64,000 nucleotides of DNA from Saccostrea echinata (lineage: Eukaryota), in NCBI RefSeq assembly GCF_033153115.1, contig NW_026889803.1, positions 16,306,001 to 16,370,000 of the forward strand. Reading direction: 5' to 3'. Positions 25,323-38,160 of the stretch are shown piece after piece. Made by a program: the position numbers and the translations under genes. Position 1 is the first letter of the stretch; every line of letters begins with the position of its first letter. The notes under the pieces are model-generated. The model had not been told where the DNA came from and ran no database searches. It saw only the letters and a list, made by a program, of their open reading frames with translations.

Positions 25323-28300
25323 CAGTCTGGTCGAACCCCGAACGGGGGTAAACGGAAATGGGAAATCCATACCCCCAAACGGGGGTACGAGCATGCGCAG
25401 ATGCTTAAAAATGTGCGTATTTCACGCAAAAAGTAGGGGTTTACAAAAATCGCCGGTGCAAAGTAACGGATTATTTGGCAAATGTAAAACCACTCGGAAA
25501 TGATAGATTAAAGGTGTTTTTAGAGTTTGTATTTTACAAAAATACAACTTTATTGTACAAATCGGGATTTATTCACTGGCAAAGTTGGCGATCTTTTGCT
25601 CCTTGACATGCAGGTATTTAAGATAAAACATTCGATAAACAGACATGAGCAACTAATACTAAATTGAAATTATATTAAAAAAAAATGTATTATTCTACAT
25701 TATATCTTTTATTTTCATAATAAAATGCAAGAAAAAATGGTGCTAATATCGAATTGTTTATGATCGTGGGTTTCAGTCCGCGTTTCCTCTGACTAGCAAT
25801 CAACGGTCTTTATTCACAGGTACTTGTGGAAAGGACCCCCCCCCCCCCCCCCCCCCCGAATATACCCCACAGGTCAAAAAATATTTTTATGTATTTTTTT
25901 CATAAATTATTCTTCTAGTACACATTTACAATGTATTCCATAAGAAAAATCCAAAAAATAACGCAGAATTAACGTTTTACTAAAAAATCATACTCGCGGT
26001 ATTATAAAATAGAGAAGGTAAGTCACTTCCATTTGTTTACACTTGACCCCTCTTGGATATCAGGCCCGAAATATCATTTACCTAATACATGTCACCAAAA
26101 TGTGTCATGATATCTTGTTTCGGTAGATATTTTTGTCTTTAATCGTGCTATTTAATTGCCCAGGCATTCCATAATAATCCGAGTATTCATCGTCAAACGT
26201 GAAAAATGCTACAAGATTTGGAAATGTCAGAGTAGAAATTACGGAAGTGATGCAAAAACGACACCTAGCGTGTAACTCTCGAGTTCCGAGTGTTATAGAA
26301 CTACGGGAAAAGTCAGAGGTCTACGAAAAAGTTCGGGAAAATTTTGATAAAGAAGTCGAAATTGATTCATTAGAATTAAATTCTGCTGAAGATTTTCGAG
26401 ATGGGCGAGGGTAGTCGTCAATATTCCCTTTAAAGGATGTTATCACTGATACCAAATAGCGGTTTAAAAATCGCTTAAACATTTATTTACAACTTACAAG
26501 ATATGTACCCCCCCCTTCTCCTTCTACATGGACATGCTTGCAATTAATTCCGATAATGTTAAGCTTAATAATTATATGTATTTTTTTTTTAATATTCTTA
26601 TGCGATGATTATCATTTGCCAAGGAATTTAAGTGTGAGTCTTTTCAATATTAATTCTTAAGAATAAAAATCAGAACCCCATTTTTTAAAAAGATAATTTT
26701 CACGCTCTTCTTTACTTTGGCGTCGCACTGCTGAGTTTATTTCTGGCCTTGATTACATATATATCAAGCTGCTATTATTTTAATTGAACAAACAAAAGCT
26801 TAACTTCTATAAAATAAAGACTTTTAAAAAAGTTCTTTAGATACGTCTTATCTAACAGTCATAGTTAGATAATTGCAACTTGTATTACGTAGCTTTTGAC
26901 GTTTAAATATTGCTTGGGTTGTACAACCATTCATCAACCGGTCAATTGTTTTTCTCCAACACTGTAACTTGTAATGATGTGCACAGCCCCCGTCCCCAAA
27001 TTAATCAATATTGATTATACATGTAGCAAATTCATAACAAATGGGGAAAAAAAAGATTTTTTGTACAGTTTTAAATAATCACATATCTGTCTTTACTTAT
27101 TTTTAAAACTAGTTTATCATTCTAAATATTACATTTACTACCACATTAATTTAACGGATATCCACCTTTCCGCAGACACAATTTTATGAAAATTCCATGT
27201 CCACGCAGAAGGGGAAGGCGGCCGAGGTGGAGTGGGGGGGGGTACATGTCAAGATTATAATGTTTAAGCGATTTTTAAACCGCTATTTGGTATCAGTGAT
27301 AACATCCTTTAAAGGGAATATTGACGACTACCCTCGCCCATCTCGAAATTTTTAAGCAGAATTTAATTCTAATGAATCAATTTCAACTTCTTTATCAAAA
27401 TTTTCCCGAACTTTTTCGTAGACCTCTGACTTTTCCCGTAGTTCTATAACACTCGGAACTCGAGAGTTACACGCTAGGTGTCGTTTTTGCATCACTTCCG
27501 TAATTTCTACTCTGACATTTCCAAATCTTGTAGCATTTTTCACGTTTGACGATGAATACTCGGATTATTATGGAATGTTTGGGCAATTAAATAGCACGAT
27601 TAAAGACAAAAATATCTACCGAAACAAGGTATCATGACACATTTTGGTGACATGTATTAGGTAAATGATATTTCGGGCCTGATATCCAAGAGGGGTCAAG
27701 TGTAAACAAATGGAAGTGACTTACCTTCTCTATTTTATAATACCGCGAGTATGATTTTTTAGTAAAACCTTAATTCTGCGTTATTTTTTGGATTTTTCTT
27801 ATGGTATACATTGTAAATGTGTACTAGAAGAATAATTTATGAAAAAAATACATAAATATATTTTTTGACCTGTGGGGTATATTGGGGGGGGGGGGGTCCT
27901 GTCCACAAGTACCTGTGTCTTTATTATTGATAATCATGCCCAGGAAGTGTAACAAAAATACATATAAAAATAAAATTCAAATGAAATCTATCGTATTTAT
28001 TGTCTTTTATATCTTATAAGAATTAAATAAAATGTTTGGCAACATGTTGTTGTAGTTTGTTTTTTTTTATATTAATAAATATGATTGTTTGAGAAAACAC
28101 GATTGTATTTTATTTTATTTAAATCTACGTTCTAAATTAATATTTTCCTCATTCTTAGAATATTTTTCCTTGTGTTTTAAATTCCACGAGACGTCCTACA
28201 AAATAATAAATAATTTCATGAAATGACGGAAAATATTTCGTTATTCCTACAGTATAAATTCAAACTATGGAAAACTTAACCTGTCAATTTTTTTTCTGTT

Positions 28301-28482
28301 TAAATTTTACCAATTTCATAGCAGAAATAACATTATTATCGATCTTTTTCCTTAGATAAATGATATATAGGCAAGTTTGTTTATGTTGGATACGGCAAGA
28401 GTTACTTTTCTTGCGCATTGCATGACGGGACGGAAAACCCTCGTTTGGGGGTATACCCCCCTTCGGGGGTTCGACTAGACTG
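25323..28482. mobile_element. Non-autonomous DNA element with CAG...CTG termini nested in the Kolobok MITE
   Basis: TIR cagtctggtcgaacccc / ggggttcgactagactg, ataaa on both flanks (possible 5-bp TSD). Confidence 0.8.
25815..27917. mobile_element. Foldback element with about 660-bp near-identical TIRs and 8-bp TSD
   Basis: 25815-26482 is the reverse complement of about 27259-27917. Termini CACAGG...CCTGTG, TSD tctttatt (25807-14, 27918-25). Confidence 0.92.
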
Positions 28483-29772
28483 ATAAAAATCTTATTTCAT
28501 CTCGAAGTTATCAAAACTTCGAATTTCTTGAATCGTTGGATTGACACATCCTTGCGCTTTCACATATTTTAATTTTATTCTTAATACTTAAGAAAAGTGG
28601 CAATTTTGTTGTGCATTAATGAAAAATATTAAAACTATAACCCAGAAAATTCAGAGTAGAAATGTTCGAAAGCAAAACCCACTCACAGTATTGTAAGTCC
28701 GTGCTCAGTGGTGTGTGCAGAGTTTAACAATTGAACACATCCGGTGAATCGTAAACATTAACAATAACAGAGCTCGTGCCCTGTTTACAAAAACAGTTTA
28801 CGTTTCACGGGTGTGTTCAATTTGTTGAGCTCTGTACACATCAAAGAGCACGGACTGACAATACTGGTGAGCTGGTTTTGCTTTCGAACATTTCTACTCT
28901 GATCTTTCTGGATTATAGATGTACTATTTTTCATTAATACATAACAGAATCGCCTCTTTTCTTAAATATTAAGGATAAAGTTAAAATTTGTGTACCAGGG
29001 TAAGTGCAAAGATGTGTTAACCAAACACGTCCCGGAATTTGTAGTTCCAATAATTTCCAGATAAAATAAGTTTTTAATTATATTTTCGTGTGAAATGCCA
29101 TTGCAATATATAAGTCGTGATATTATACAAAAAATTTGAGAAAATATTAACTTCAAATCTGTGTCCAAGCACCTTTAAGCTTAATATTTATATTGCAAAA
29201 TAGCTTCCATATACTGTACTAGTGTAAAAGTTTGCCGTCGATTGTAAAAGTCAGCGCTTCTAGCAAAAGTCCACTAGTCCGTTGACTCTTCATCCGCTTT
29301 AGGTAGATTGTCCGCTGCATAAAAACAGAGTATATGATTGTGCTTCACTCTGAATATTGAAGAAGTCAAATAATTTGGATCTGGCTAGTGTACGATTGAT
29401 CTGTTCATCGATGATTGCATAGACCTTAATAGCCTTCTCTTTGGTATCGGAAGGATAGATACGTACAGGAAGGACGTTTGCGCGTGATCGACTAAAGTAG
29501 TTCCGCAAAGTTCGATACACTTATTGGAATATGTGTTTTCATCGGAGTTTTCTCCCCGCCGTAAACAAGACCTTTTTTACTTACACTGTTTCTTCTCTCC
29601 TTCGCCAGTAGGTCTGGGGTCCAACTTTCTTTGTTCTGTGTGCAATTAAAGCTATTGCATGACGAATGCTTCCACAAAGTTCACATTTTCCGTTGGCTTT
29701 ACAGTGTCTTGTCAAATGTTTAGATTCACAGCATTTATAACAGAAATCCTTCTCCCGGAGAAAATTTCCTTC

Positions 29773-31345
29773 TTTTTACGTCATCTGAGTCACTCAGGTG
29801 ACCTATTGCTATCCGTTTTCGTCCGTCGTCGTGCGACATGCGTTAACATTTGAACATTTTTAGCTTCATCTCTGAAACCGCTTAACCAATTTCAACCAAA
29901 TTTGGCATATAGCATTTATGGATTAAGGGAAACAAAAATTGTGAATTTCATGGTCCCTTCCCCCCTAGGGCCTGAGGGGTGGGGCTAAAACCACCAAAAT
30001 TAATGCAATCTTTAAAAATCTTCTTCTTTACTCCTGGACATCAAACAGTCAATGTGTTGGCATGATTGTAATGAGCATTGAGCCCTCTACCAATATTGTG
30101 AAATTCATGGCCCAAGGGTCAGGGGTTCTGGTGCTAGGTTGGGGCTATATAATCATATAGTGAAAGTGCATTATTTCTTTGAAAATCTTCTCTGCTCCTG
30201 GGTATTAAATAAACTAAGTAGATAGTTATGATGAGCAAGAGTGCCTCTTCCAAAATTTTGAATTTCATGGCCCCAGGGTCAGGGGTTCTGGTGTTAGGGC
30301 GGGGCTTTATTGATTATATAGTAAAATTGCATTAATTCTTTGAAAGTTTTCTCTGCTCCTGGGTATTAAATAAACTAAGTACATAGTTATGATGAGCATG
30401 GCTGCCTCCTCAGAAATTCTTCTTCTTCCCTGCTCCTGGGTACTTTTCAATCAAAGGAAGTGCATGGTTATGATAAGAAAGAATGCCTCTTCCAAAATCG
30501 TGAAATTCATGGCCCCTGGGTCAGGGGTTCTGGTGAAGGGGGGCTCTATTGATTATATAGTGAAAATGCATAATTTCTTTCAAACTATTTTTTCTACTAC
30601 TGGTTATAAAGCAAAGAAACAAATGTATAGTTATAATGAGCAAGGGTGCTTCTTCCAGAATTGTGAGTTCATGACCAATGGGTCAGATGTTCTGGTGTAA
30701 GGATGGTGCTTTATTTATTTAATAATATAGTGAAAATGCATTTCTTTGAAAATCTTCTATGCTTCTGGACATATTCGAGGCAAACAGAGTAAAAGTTTTA
30801 ATATGCAAGGATATTTTTACTAGAATTTTGAACACCTGGACCATTTAGTCAAGTGTTCTGGTCCTGGCCAGGGCTCTATTAACTTGTATTCTGCTGAGCA
30901 AAGTTATTCCCCTTTGCCATTTACCTTGGTAACTAATCACTGTAAATAATGTATTTGAAAGGTTAATAGAATAAGAGAATTATGCAAGAATATTTATTGT
31001 ATAATACAAAAAGTACTTTCATAGTTTTAATGATCAGGTAGACTTGGAAATAATAGATGAATAAAAAATGAGACTAAAATAACTTATCTTTTTAAATGTT
31101 CTTCAAGGCCAAGAGAGGCCAATGTTAAAAGTAATAGTATGGGGTTAAAAAAATAGGTATTTTGTTAATAGTCTGCATGGTAATAGTGATAAATGGGGGA
31201 CACATAGATACTAGACAAATTATTTTGTTGATGCTAATCATACTATATTTCTTGCTTTTGGGCAACAGTTTCATTTTTCAGTTCATGGATCCTCTTCATT
31301 CCAGTATTGTACTGAGGTGACCGTTAAGGCCCTTGAGCCTCTTGT
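29773..31345. mobile_element. Helentron-associated non-autonomous element (HINE-like) with internal tandem repeats of about 160-165 bp, inserted in BEL gag
   Basis: Starts ttttt + hairpin tcatctgagtcactcaggtgac + (cgtc)n. Repeated gaaattcatggcccc.gggtcaggggttctggtg units near 29943, 30100, 30260, 30502 and 30665. Ends aggtgaccgttaaggcccttgagcctcttgt. Confidence 0.8.
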
Positions 31346-32329
31346 CTTGTAATGGCATTGCTCAAAAGGCTCTACAGTGATTCAATGAAAGAGGCGCTTT
31401 GTGTATTGGGCATCTTGGAGATTGTTCTTGTCTTTCTTGCTTATTTTCCTCATCATGTACTGTGAGATCAGTTTTTCTATTTTGAACACTTAATGATCGC
31501 TTCGGTTCATTAGGTCTATTTTCCATTGTTGATGATGTAAATCCGTCATGGTGGAAAGCTGGATCATTCTTCACAATACTTAGTTCCCGTATGAAATTCA
31601 CTAGGAAACTGAATGGTGGAAATGGAACGTTGTAGTATTTTTTGCACTTAGACGCTTGCGACACCCACTTATCTTGTAGACTTTGGGGCAACTTACTGGT
31701 GATAGGAATAACACCGGACGATGATCGTAGTATGATAGGAGAGTAGCACACTGGGCGTTCTCCTTTGCGGATTCTATCTCTGTTAGGATGTCCAGCAGAT
31801 CGTGCAGCATTTAAGGTTCCTTCATGGTTATCTTAGGAAATTTGTTGAGCTTATTCTTTTTAAAGCAGCTTCTATCATTTTCAGTCTACCATAACGCTCT
31901 TCCAATCGTTCCAAAATTTGACAGAGCACCTTAGAACCCCTTATGCTACTTGCGAATTTCTTCGATTCTGGTCTTAACCACTTGATCAACAAATCCATTT
32001 TTTTCAAATGCGGAAACGTTCAATCTCTCACTTTTCTCGTGAAGCTAGCTTTCCATGTTTGGTAACAATCTGGTTTATTGTTGAATGGACTGAACCGTGA
32101 CATCATCAGATCTTTCTTCAGAAGAAACTGTGTCAAGTGTGAACCACTTCAGTGTGTAAATATCCTTTGTGAAGTTAAAAGTTCAAAATGGAATTTTACG
32201 ACATGTTTTATTACATTTCAGACCTAATCTCACCACTATCTTTGAAATTATTGCAGGAGTAGAAAAGTTGCATATGACTTAAACACAGTAACTTTTTGAA
32301 GATTATAAATGTTCACCCAACCGAAAATG

Positions 32330-33960
32330 TCCAATAATATTTAAGCATTAATTACATTTGATTATGTTTAATGTGTGTTTTACATTTTCATATTTTCCTT
32401 ATTAGAAAGTCGTTCAATATGTACACAGTTTGATTTATTTTATCGTTGCGAAACATTCACGTATATTCAGACCAATTTATTGATGAAAGAAATTTTTTCA
32501 CTCATGTTGGAAATCCACCAGTTGTCGGTGAAAAACTGCAAATTTAGACCTGTACTTTGCAATTATGGCAACTGAGCAGCAAAAGAAATTTTTTGTACCA
32601 GCATCTACTGTGATAGCGGATTCCGGTCAATACTATCTCATCCAATTGCAAAGAATCGGTCTTCATATCCTGCAATAAGATTCGAACCTGCCATTTAAGG
32701 GGGCCAACTGGGGTTTCCAATATTTTAAAATTAAGCAGTTTACGCTTTTGAAGCAATAATTTTAAAAGGGTTTATCAAATTAAAAAAAAAAAGAAAGCAA
32801 AGGTAAAAATTTCATTTACATTTTAAAAGAAAAGATTTTTGAACTATTTTGAAACCGATAGGTAGGTTCACGTTGTTTTTGTGACGTTATGATAAACTGA
32901 AGTTATTTAACCTCTTAAAAAGGGCTCACAAAAATGCTATAAAAGAAAAAATGTATAAAATATGTTCTTGAAATTTAAACACAGGAATTTGAAAATCTCA
33001 TTTATTTTTTGGTCATCTTCTATGGAATTCTTAGCGTCTGTCATATTTAACTTATTACATATTGTAATTCGAGCAAAAAGTCTATTGTAGTATATTTTTG
33101 ATTTGCTTTGAAGTGCGAAAAAAACATTTCCGTATACTATACATATAACTATATTTTGAGATGGTCCCTAAAAATACCCAGCCGGTGTATGTTCCTGAAC
33201 TTCGCACGTACATTGAAGTCAGTTTAGGCTACACATAGCTTTTTTACACAATAAATCCCCAGTCGGCTCCCTTAAGGATCAACACCTTACTAGAACAAAA
33301 CATTATAACCACTACACCACTCAGGTGACTCAAGTTTATGTTTCTTACTTTAAATCAGGTTTATCTCGAAGATCATTAAATATTGTAGCAGTTGTGATAT
33401 AAATAATGCTGGCTCATTCCTCAGAAGCCACAAACACATAGTTTATATTAAATATTTTAAAGGTAACTAAATGTCTTTTTGAAAAGATTTTGTACTATAT
33501 CTGCCAATCTGTTGAATTTGCTCCTTTGAAAAATCCTTGGCACAGGCAGTTGCTGCCCCCTATTCTAAAACTGGAATTTAAACCTTCCACATTTAAACCC
33601 ACATAAATCATGGGCATCTGTGGCTGTCAGGGAAGAAATTATGTAACAATTGAGAATTATTCATGAAACAAACAAAGTATTACCTAAAAGGGTTCAAGCC
33701 CCCTGATTTTAAAGTAATTTCGAAGAGATTAAACTGGATACATTTCTTTGGATGTTGTGTTCGTAGTTATGAGAAGCACAGAAATGTGTTTACCTGCACT
33801 TACCGTTTTTGAACTTTGACCCTGAGTTTTTATTCCTTTTTGCATGATACCCTTTTCATACGAGTTAAAAAAAACACATTTACAGTTGAGCAGTTGCCAT
33901 TTGGTAGTGGTTAACCAGCAATTTCACCAAATCTAAAATCGACATGAAAAGCTAACTAAG
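32330..33960 (+). other. Orphan B-type 3' UTR/3' flank homologous to 18780-18995 and 52300-53310, including an old SINE relic
   Basis: Shared blocks attagaaa..cgttcaat.tgtacacagtttga, tttttcactcatgttggaaa.ccaccagttgtc and tcaggttta.ctcgaagatca...tattgtagcagttgtgata. Confidence 0.75.
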
Positions 33961-35089
33961 TTAACTAACGTAAATAAATTTAAAAAAAAACATAAATAAA
34001 TAACTAAAGTAAATAAAAAAAAAATAATAAAAAAAATTAAAAAAAAAATATTATGTATGAAATATCTATTAAATGGATTTTATTCTGCACTAGTTTTTCA
34101 GTATACGTGAAACGATTATGCGTGTATGTAAATTTATGTAGTAATACGTGAAATTCATGTAATAAAACGGCGTTACAAAAATTTTGTTTAGCTTAAAAAT
34201 CATGTGAAGTATAAGATTTTCTAGAGTTTAATGCTTTAAGAAATTCATCTGGATTTAAGGTAAGTTAATGACCTTGGTGAATTAGATTGTTTGCGAAAGA
34301 GGTGTAGTTCTTTTTCAGTGTTAATATCTACACAAAAATTGAGGAAGTTCAAATATTTTCTTTTTATTTACTTGAGAGAAACACTTCTAATTTCATCTGA
34401 GTGAATCATCTCATCTGATAAGATTAAGCTTAATTTCTTTGATCCATAATCACTGTGCTGCAGATCGCCAATTTTTTGCAACACACTATTCTGACGAAAA
34501 GGTTATTATGGATTTATGAACGAGAGTAAAATTTTACAAATGTTGGTTATTATTGTATATATTAATCTTTAGTAATATAAATAGCGACCGGTCTCGTGTA
34601 ATTACTAAAAAAAGTTCTCGCGAATTAAACGTGATTTACAGTATACCAAAGTCGATAGAATTTTAATATTCAGTCCTTATTAATTTTACTCTTCCTTTCC
34701 TCCGCTTCATGAATAATTATTTATTAAAGATTCTGAATACCTGGTCATCAACAAGTATGGTTTGAATAATACGAATGCTTTCTGCTTAAATAATTTGAAA
34801 AAGAGACGGATCATGAAGACCGGGTGGTGTATAATTAATCAAAATATACCTGAATTTTGAAAGTGCTGGTATTAAAAAAACTGAATTTTCTTTAAAATAT
34901 ATACCACTCTGGTTTGAGTTCTCTTTTATCTCTCTCGTATCTTTCCCTTACGTTTTCTTCTTCTACAATGTACATGTACGTCTTCCTTGTTTCTTTAGTT
35001 CACTCTCCACCCATATCCCTTACATTTCGTGTTTTATGCCCTATTAACAGATTTGTATTGATTATAGATTTCTTTTAGATCTATCTCTG

Positions 35090-35575
35090 TTCGTTATCTT
35101 CACCTTTCTCATTACTTTTACCTGGAGATGGTTTTTATGCCTCCCATCTGATTCGGTACGCAAGAACATGTTCAAAGTGCGAACATATTTTAGATCTAGG
35201 CAGGCTACTGAAAAATAAATCGGTACTGCAGGGCTTTCTACAATCTCGTATAAAATAACCATTTTTTAACTTCTGTAGTTCTATCGTTGTAATGATCTTG
35301 TTTGAAAGGCATCGTATCTTTGGGTCGTATTTTGCCTGATACATTTCATAGCTATTGTTAGACCATTGTTTTAATACTAATTTTGACCGTTTTCTGATAA
35401 ATACAGAGGGCTGACGACGGGTGTGATCGGTCGACAAAGGATATTTACTCCATCTATGCCCCTGATCCCAGCTCCAGTGTTAACAGGGATCTATGTTTTT
35501 GCTTTGTTTTACGCTTCGTTATCGTTTGAGGATTTATCCGATTGGTCACAATTCATTATCTTTACCTTTTTCATT
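35090..35575 (+). mobile_element. Highly decayed Penelope-like (Naiad-type) 3' fragment
   Basis: ctgattcggtacgcaagaacatgttca (LIRYARTCS) and gggtgtgatcggtcgac...cctgatccca, homologous to 47033-47647. Confidence 0.7.
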
Positions 35576-35600
35576 ACTACCGGTATAAAAATGTAAACAA

Positions 35601-35667
35601 CACTGCAAAATACCCCCACAGATTCTTGCATTTTGAATTTTCCATCCGGGGTTGTCTCTGTATAAAG
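35601..35667 (+). promoter_or_regulatory. Proximal promoter of copy 4 (degenerate kB-like, ETS-like, TATA)
   Basis: tgaattttcc 35634-43, catccgg 35643-49, tataaag 35661-67, co-linear with 9463-9496. Confidence 0.45.
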
Positions 35668-36395
35668 GTATAAAAGCATTTATATTAAGACCATTCTTAT
35701 TGAGAAATTTAAAGTATCTAGCAGCTTTGAATCTTAAAATTTAGAAATTTTTAAATTTTAGATTTTCCTTTCCGAATCTTTTAATTTTTAATCCAATTTT
35801 GAATTTAAAAGAGGATGGCTTTAATTAATTCACCATATACATGTATGTTTCTTTGTTGGATTTACCTTTCTGCTACTGAAGGTATGTTGTGTGACGATTT
35901 TCTAAAATCATAGTTTTTTAAATTTGGAATATTTATATAATTTTCTTTAAAAAAAATTCGAGCAACAGCGAAGCAAAATTGAACTCCCTTTTTCCTTTGT
36001 ACGTGCCTGCATACAAGTACGTTTCGAGGGGACTAAATGTAACTTTAATTTTGTTATGTAGCAATACTTACAAACTAAAGAAATACACTACAAAACATGT
36101 CTGTAGATCTTATGGATAACTAGAAATAAATTCCTGCAATTTTTGTTTTATTTTGATTTTTTTTTGCTCACCTTGTTATCTTCAACAAATTTATTATGCT
36201 ACCTGAGAATTAAAGGTAAAAAAAAAAAAAAACAGGGATCAGATGTATTAAATATCTATTGCACATCACTCCAGACTTGATCTATCTTCAGTATAGCAAA
36301 GTTCATACTGATGCCTAAATGAAATTGATGTTTTTAGCATAATAGATTTGTGTGCAATTAAGCATTCAGAACTGTATTTTTCAAAGTGCATATAT

Positions 36396-36454
36396 CCGCC
36401 GAAACATGGCTGAAATATTGCCGATACGGCGTTAAACAATAGACAATCAATCAA
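36396..36454 (+). mobile_element. 59-bp 5'-truncated SINE/LINE 3' tail with 15-bp TSD
   Basis: ggctgaaatattgccgatacggcgttaaac + (caat)n, TSD tcaaagtgcatatat at 36381-95 and 36455-69. Confidence 0.8.
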
Positions 36455-36490
36455 TCAAAGTGCATATATAACATGTGCTATTTAAAAAGG

Positions 36491-36827
36491 TAGGCCCGTA
36501 GCAATGGTTTCAAAAGTGGGGGGGGGGGGGGCAACTTCCCAAAACAAATCTGACAAGCAAAAAAAAAAAAAAAAAAAAAAACCTAAACTGACCACAAAAA
36601 AAACACCAAAGCTGACCACAAGTGAGGGGGCCAACTTCCCAAAACAATTTGACAAGCAAAAAAAAAACCTAATTAATGACCCAAATAATTTGCCAGATCT
36701 TGGCCATGTTGACCTGAGTGCAACAAAAATTTGGGGGGGGGGGGGGCAGCTTATAAAGAAGAATTTACTATAACAAAATTTCTTCTCAGAAAAAGTGTCC
36801 CCCCCCCCCCCGGGTTCTTCGGACCTG
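36491..36827. mobile_element. MITE related to 196-451, 5-bp TSD
   Basis: Termini taggcccgtag / cttcggacctg, aaagg on both flanks. Confidence 0.7.
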
Positions 36828-38160
36828 AAAGGTGAATCATTCGTGCGAAGCGCAAAAACTTTAAATTAATCGATATTAAACGGGAAGTTGTACAACATGA
36901 TTTTGCAGAGGTCATAAATAGTCAGTTCATTACCCCTCTATTCACCTAAATAAAAATTTGCTTTAATACTAATAATTTTCCAAGAGTATCTCATTTAAAA
37001 TTTAAATGCACACTTTTTCAGCAAACTTTGCGAGGCAATATTGAACAGAAAGTATAATATTTTATGTTGACAATGTTATAAAGGTATAATAATCATTTAT
37101 CTATCCAAGTGACAGTTATCTCCCTGTCCAGTGAGTCGATATACTCTGAAACCACGTAAGTTCTTGTTTGTCACGCTGCTTAGCGATTTTGATTGGCCTG
37201 GTATGTCAGGGATTCGTGATACTGGACACAGACTACCACTTATTTTGTTATACATTCCTTTATAATGTAAAAATTAGTTTAAAAAATCACACCGGCTCAA
37301 CTTACCTGATACTTGGCACAGAGTAAGAACAATTCAAGTCCAAAAATTTTTTAGGCTCTCGGGAAAATTGAGTCTGCAAGTCGTGCTATGGCATCACAAA
37401 TAACCCCTACCCTGCTTATTTCACTTTTCCTTCGAGGAAAGGGTAATCATGGGCCTCTTTACACCCTTCCTACTACGCGCTTAAAAGTAAAATTTCCCAT
37501 TATTATCAATTTTATAATTTTTTTCAGACCCTCTCCTTTCCATCTATGCCCAAAAATAACCCCATTCCACCCAATATACATCCCAAAGAATTTTTAAGAA
37601 AAAACCTCTATTTTTCAACTGGCACTACTTGCGTGGTCAATGAAATAGGGGTAAAATTAGTAGCCTATAACCCAACTTACCGATTTGTAATTTAATCGAT
37701 CGATTAGCAAAACTTTCAGCTTATTTTTATTGTGAATTAATAAGAATATGGTCTTATCTCTTTTTTGGTTAAAAATTGTGTAATTTCATCGTTAATCCTT
37801 GTCAAAATTCACCTTAAAATGTTTGGTAGTTACACCAGTGTAGAAAATCAAGCGTCTCATTGATTCGTGGTACGTCATCAAAATAGAGTTATTTGTATGG
37901 CGCGCTATTTAGGACACAATTGCATAATCAAAAAATAAAATATTGACGAAAATTGGTGTTAATAATAACTTTTATAATTTTTAAGAAACTTTGTTGTATA
38001 TATACAATAAAAACAATTATACATAAAACAAATAATAATAATTGTTAACAGTGATAATAAAATTTTACAATACTTAATATTAAATTCAATGTTTGTAAAA
38101 TATAATTAATCAGACATAAAAAAAGAGGTTAAAATAATAGTAACGTCATTTGATTTTTGA

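Larger units (their letters stand above)
25222..29174. mobile_element. Kolobok-like foldback MITE (about 790 bp once inner insertions are removed)
   Basis: TIR aggtgcttggacacagatttgaagttaatattttctcaaattt at both ends, TTAA flanks (25218-21, 29175-78), imperfect palindrome centred near 28775. Confidence 0.88.
20764..32150 (-). mobile_element. Degenerate BEL/Pao LTR retrotransposon interrupted by many insertions
   Basis: Gag with Cys/His motif (31362-32100), protease-like YAIIDEQ (29299-29520), RT LFGNSHSP and YIDDG (24154-24645), RNase H FHTDSKVVLGYI (23394-23836), integrase HFTEGAIRSAG/CVTCRK/INSRLL (21560-22620). PPT tggggag (21454-21460) abuts an LTR starting TGTAATG at 21453. The outer LTR end is approximate and no 5' LTR was found. 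Confidence 0.9.

Noticed and set aside
26199-27543. Identical 63-71 aa ORFs on opposite strands (26199..26414, 27352..27543)
   Set aside because: Both lie in the two arms of the foldback TIR, start at GTG and have no recognisable domain.
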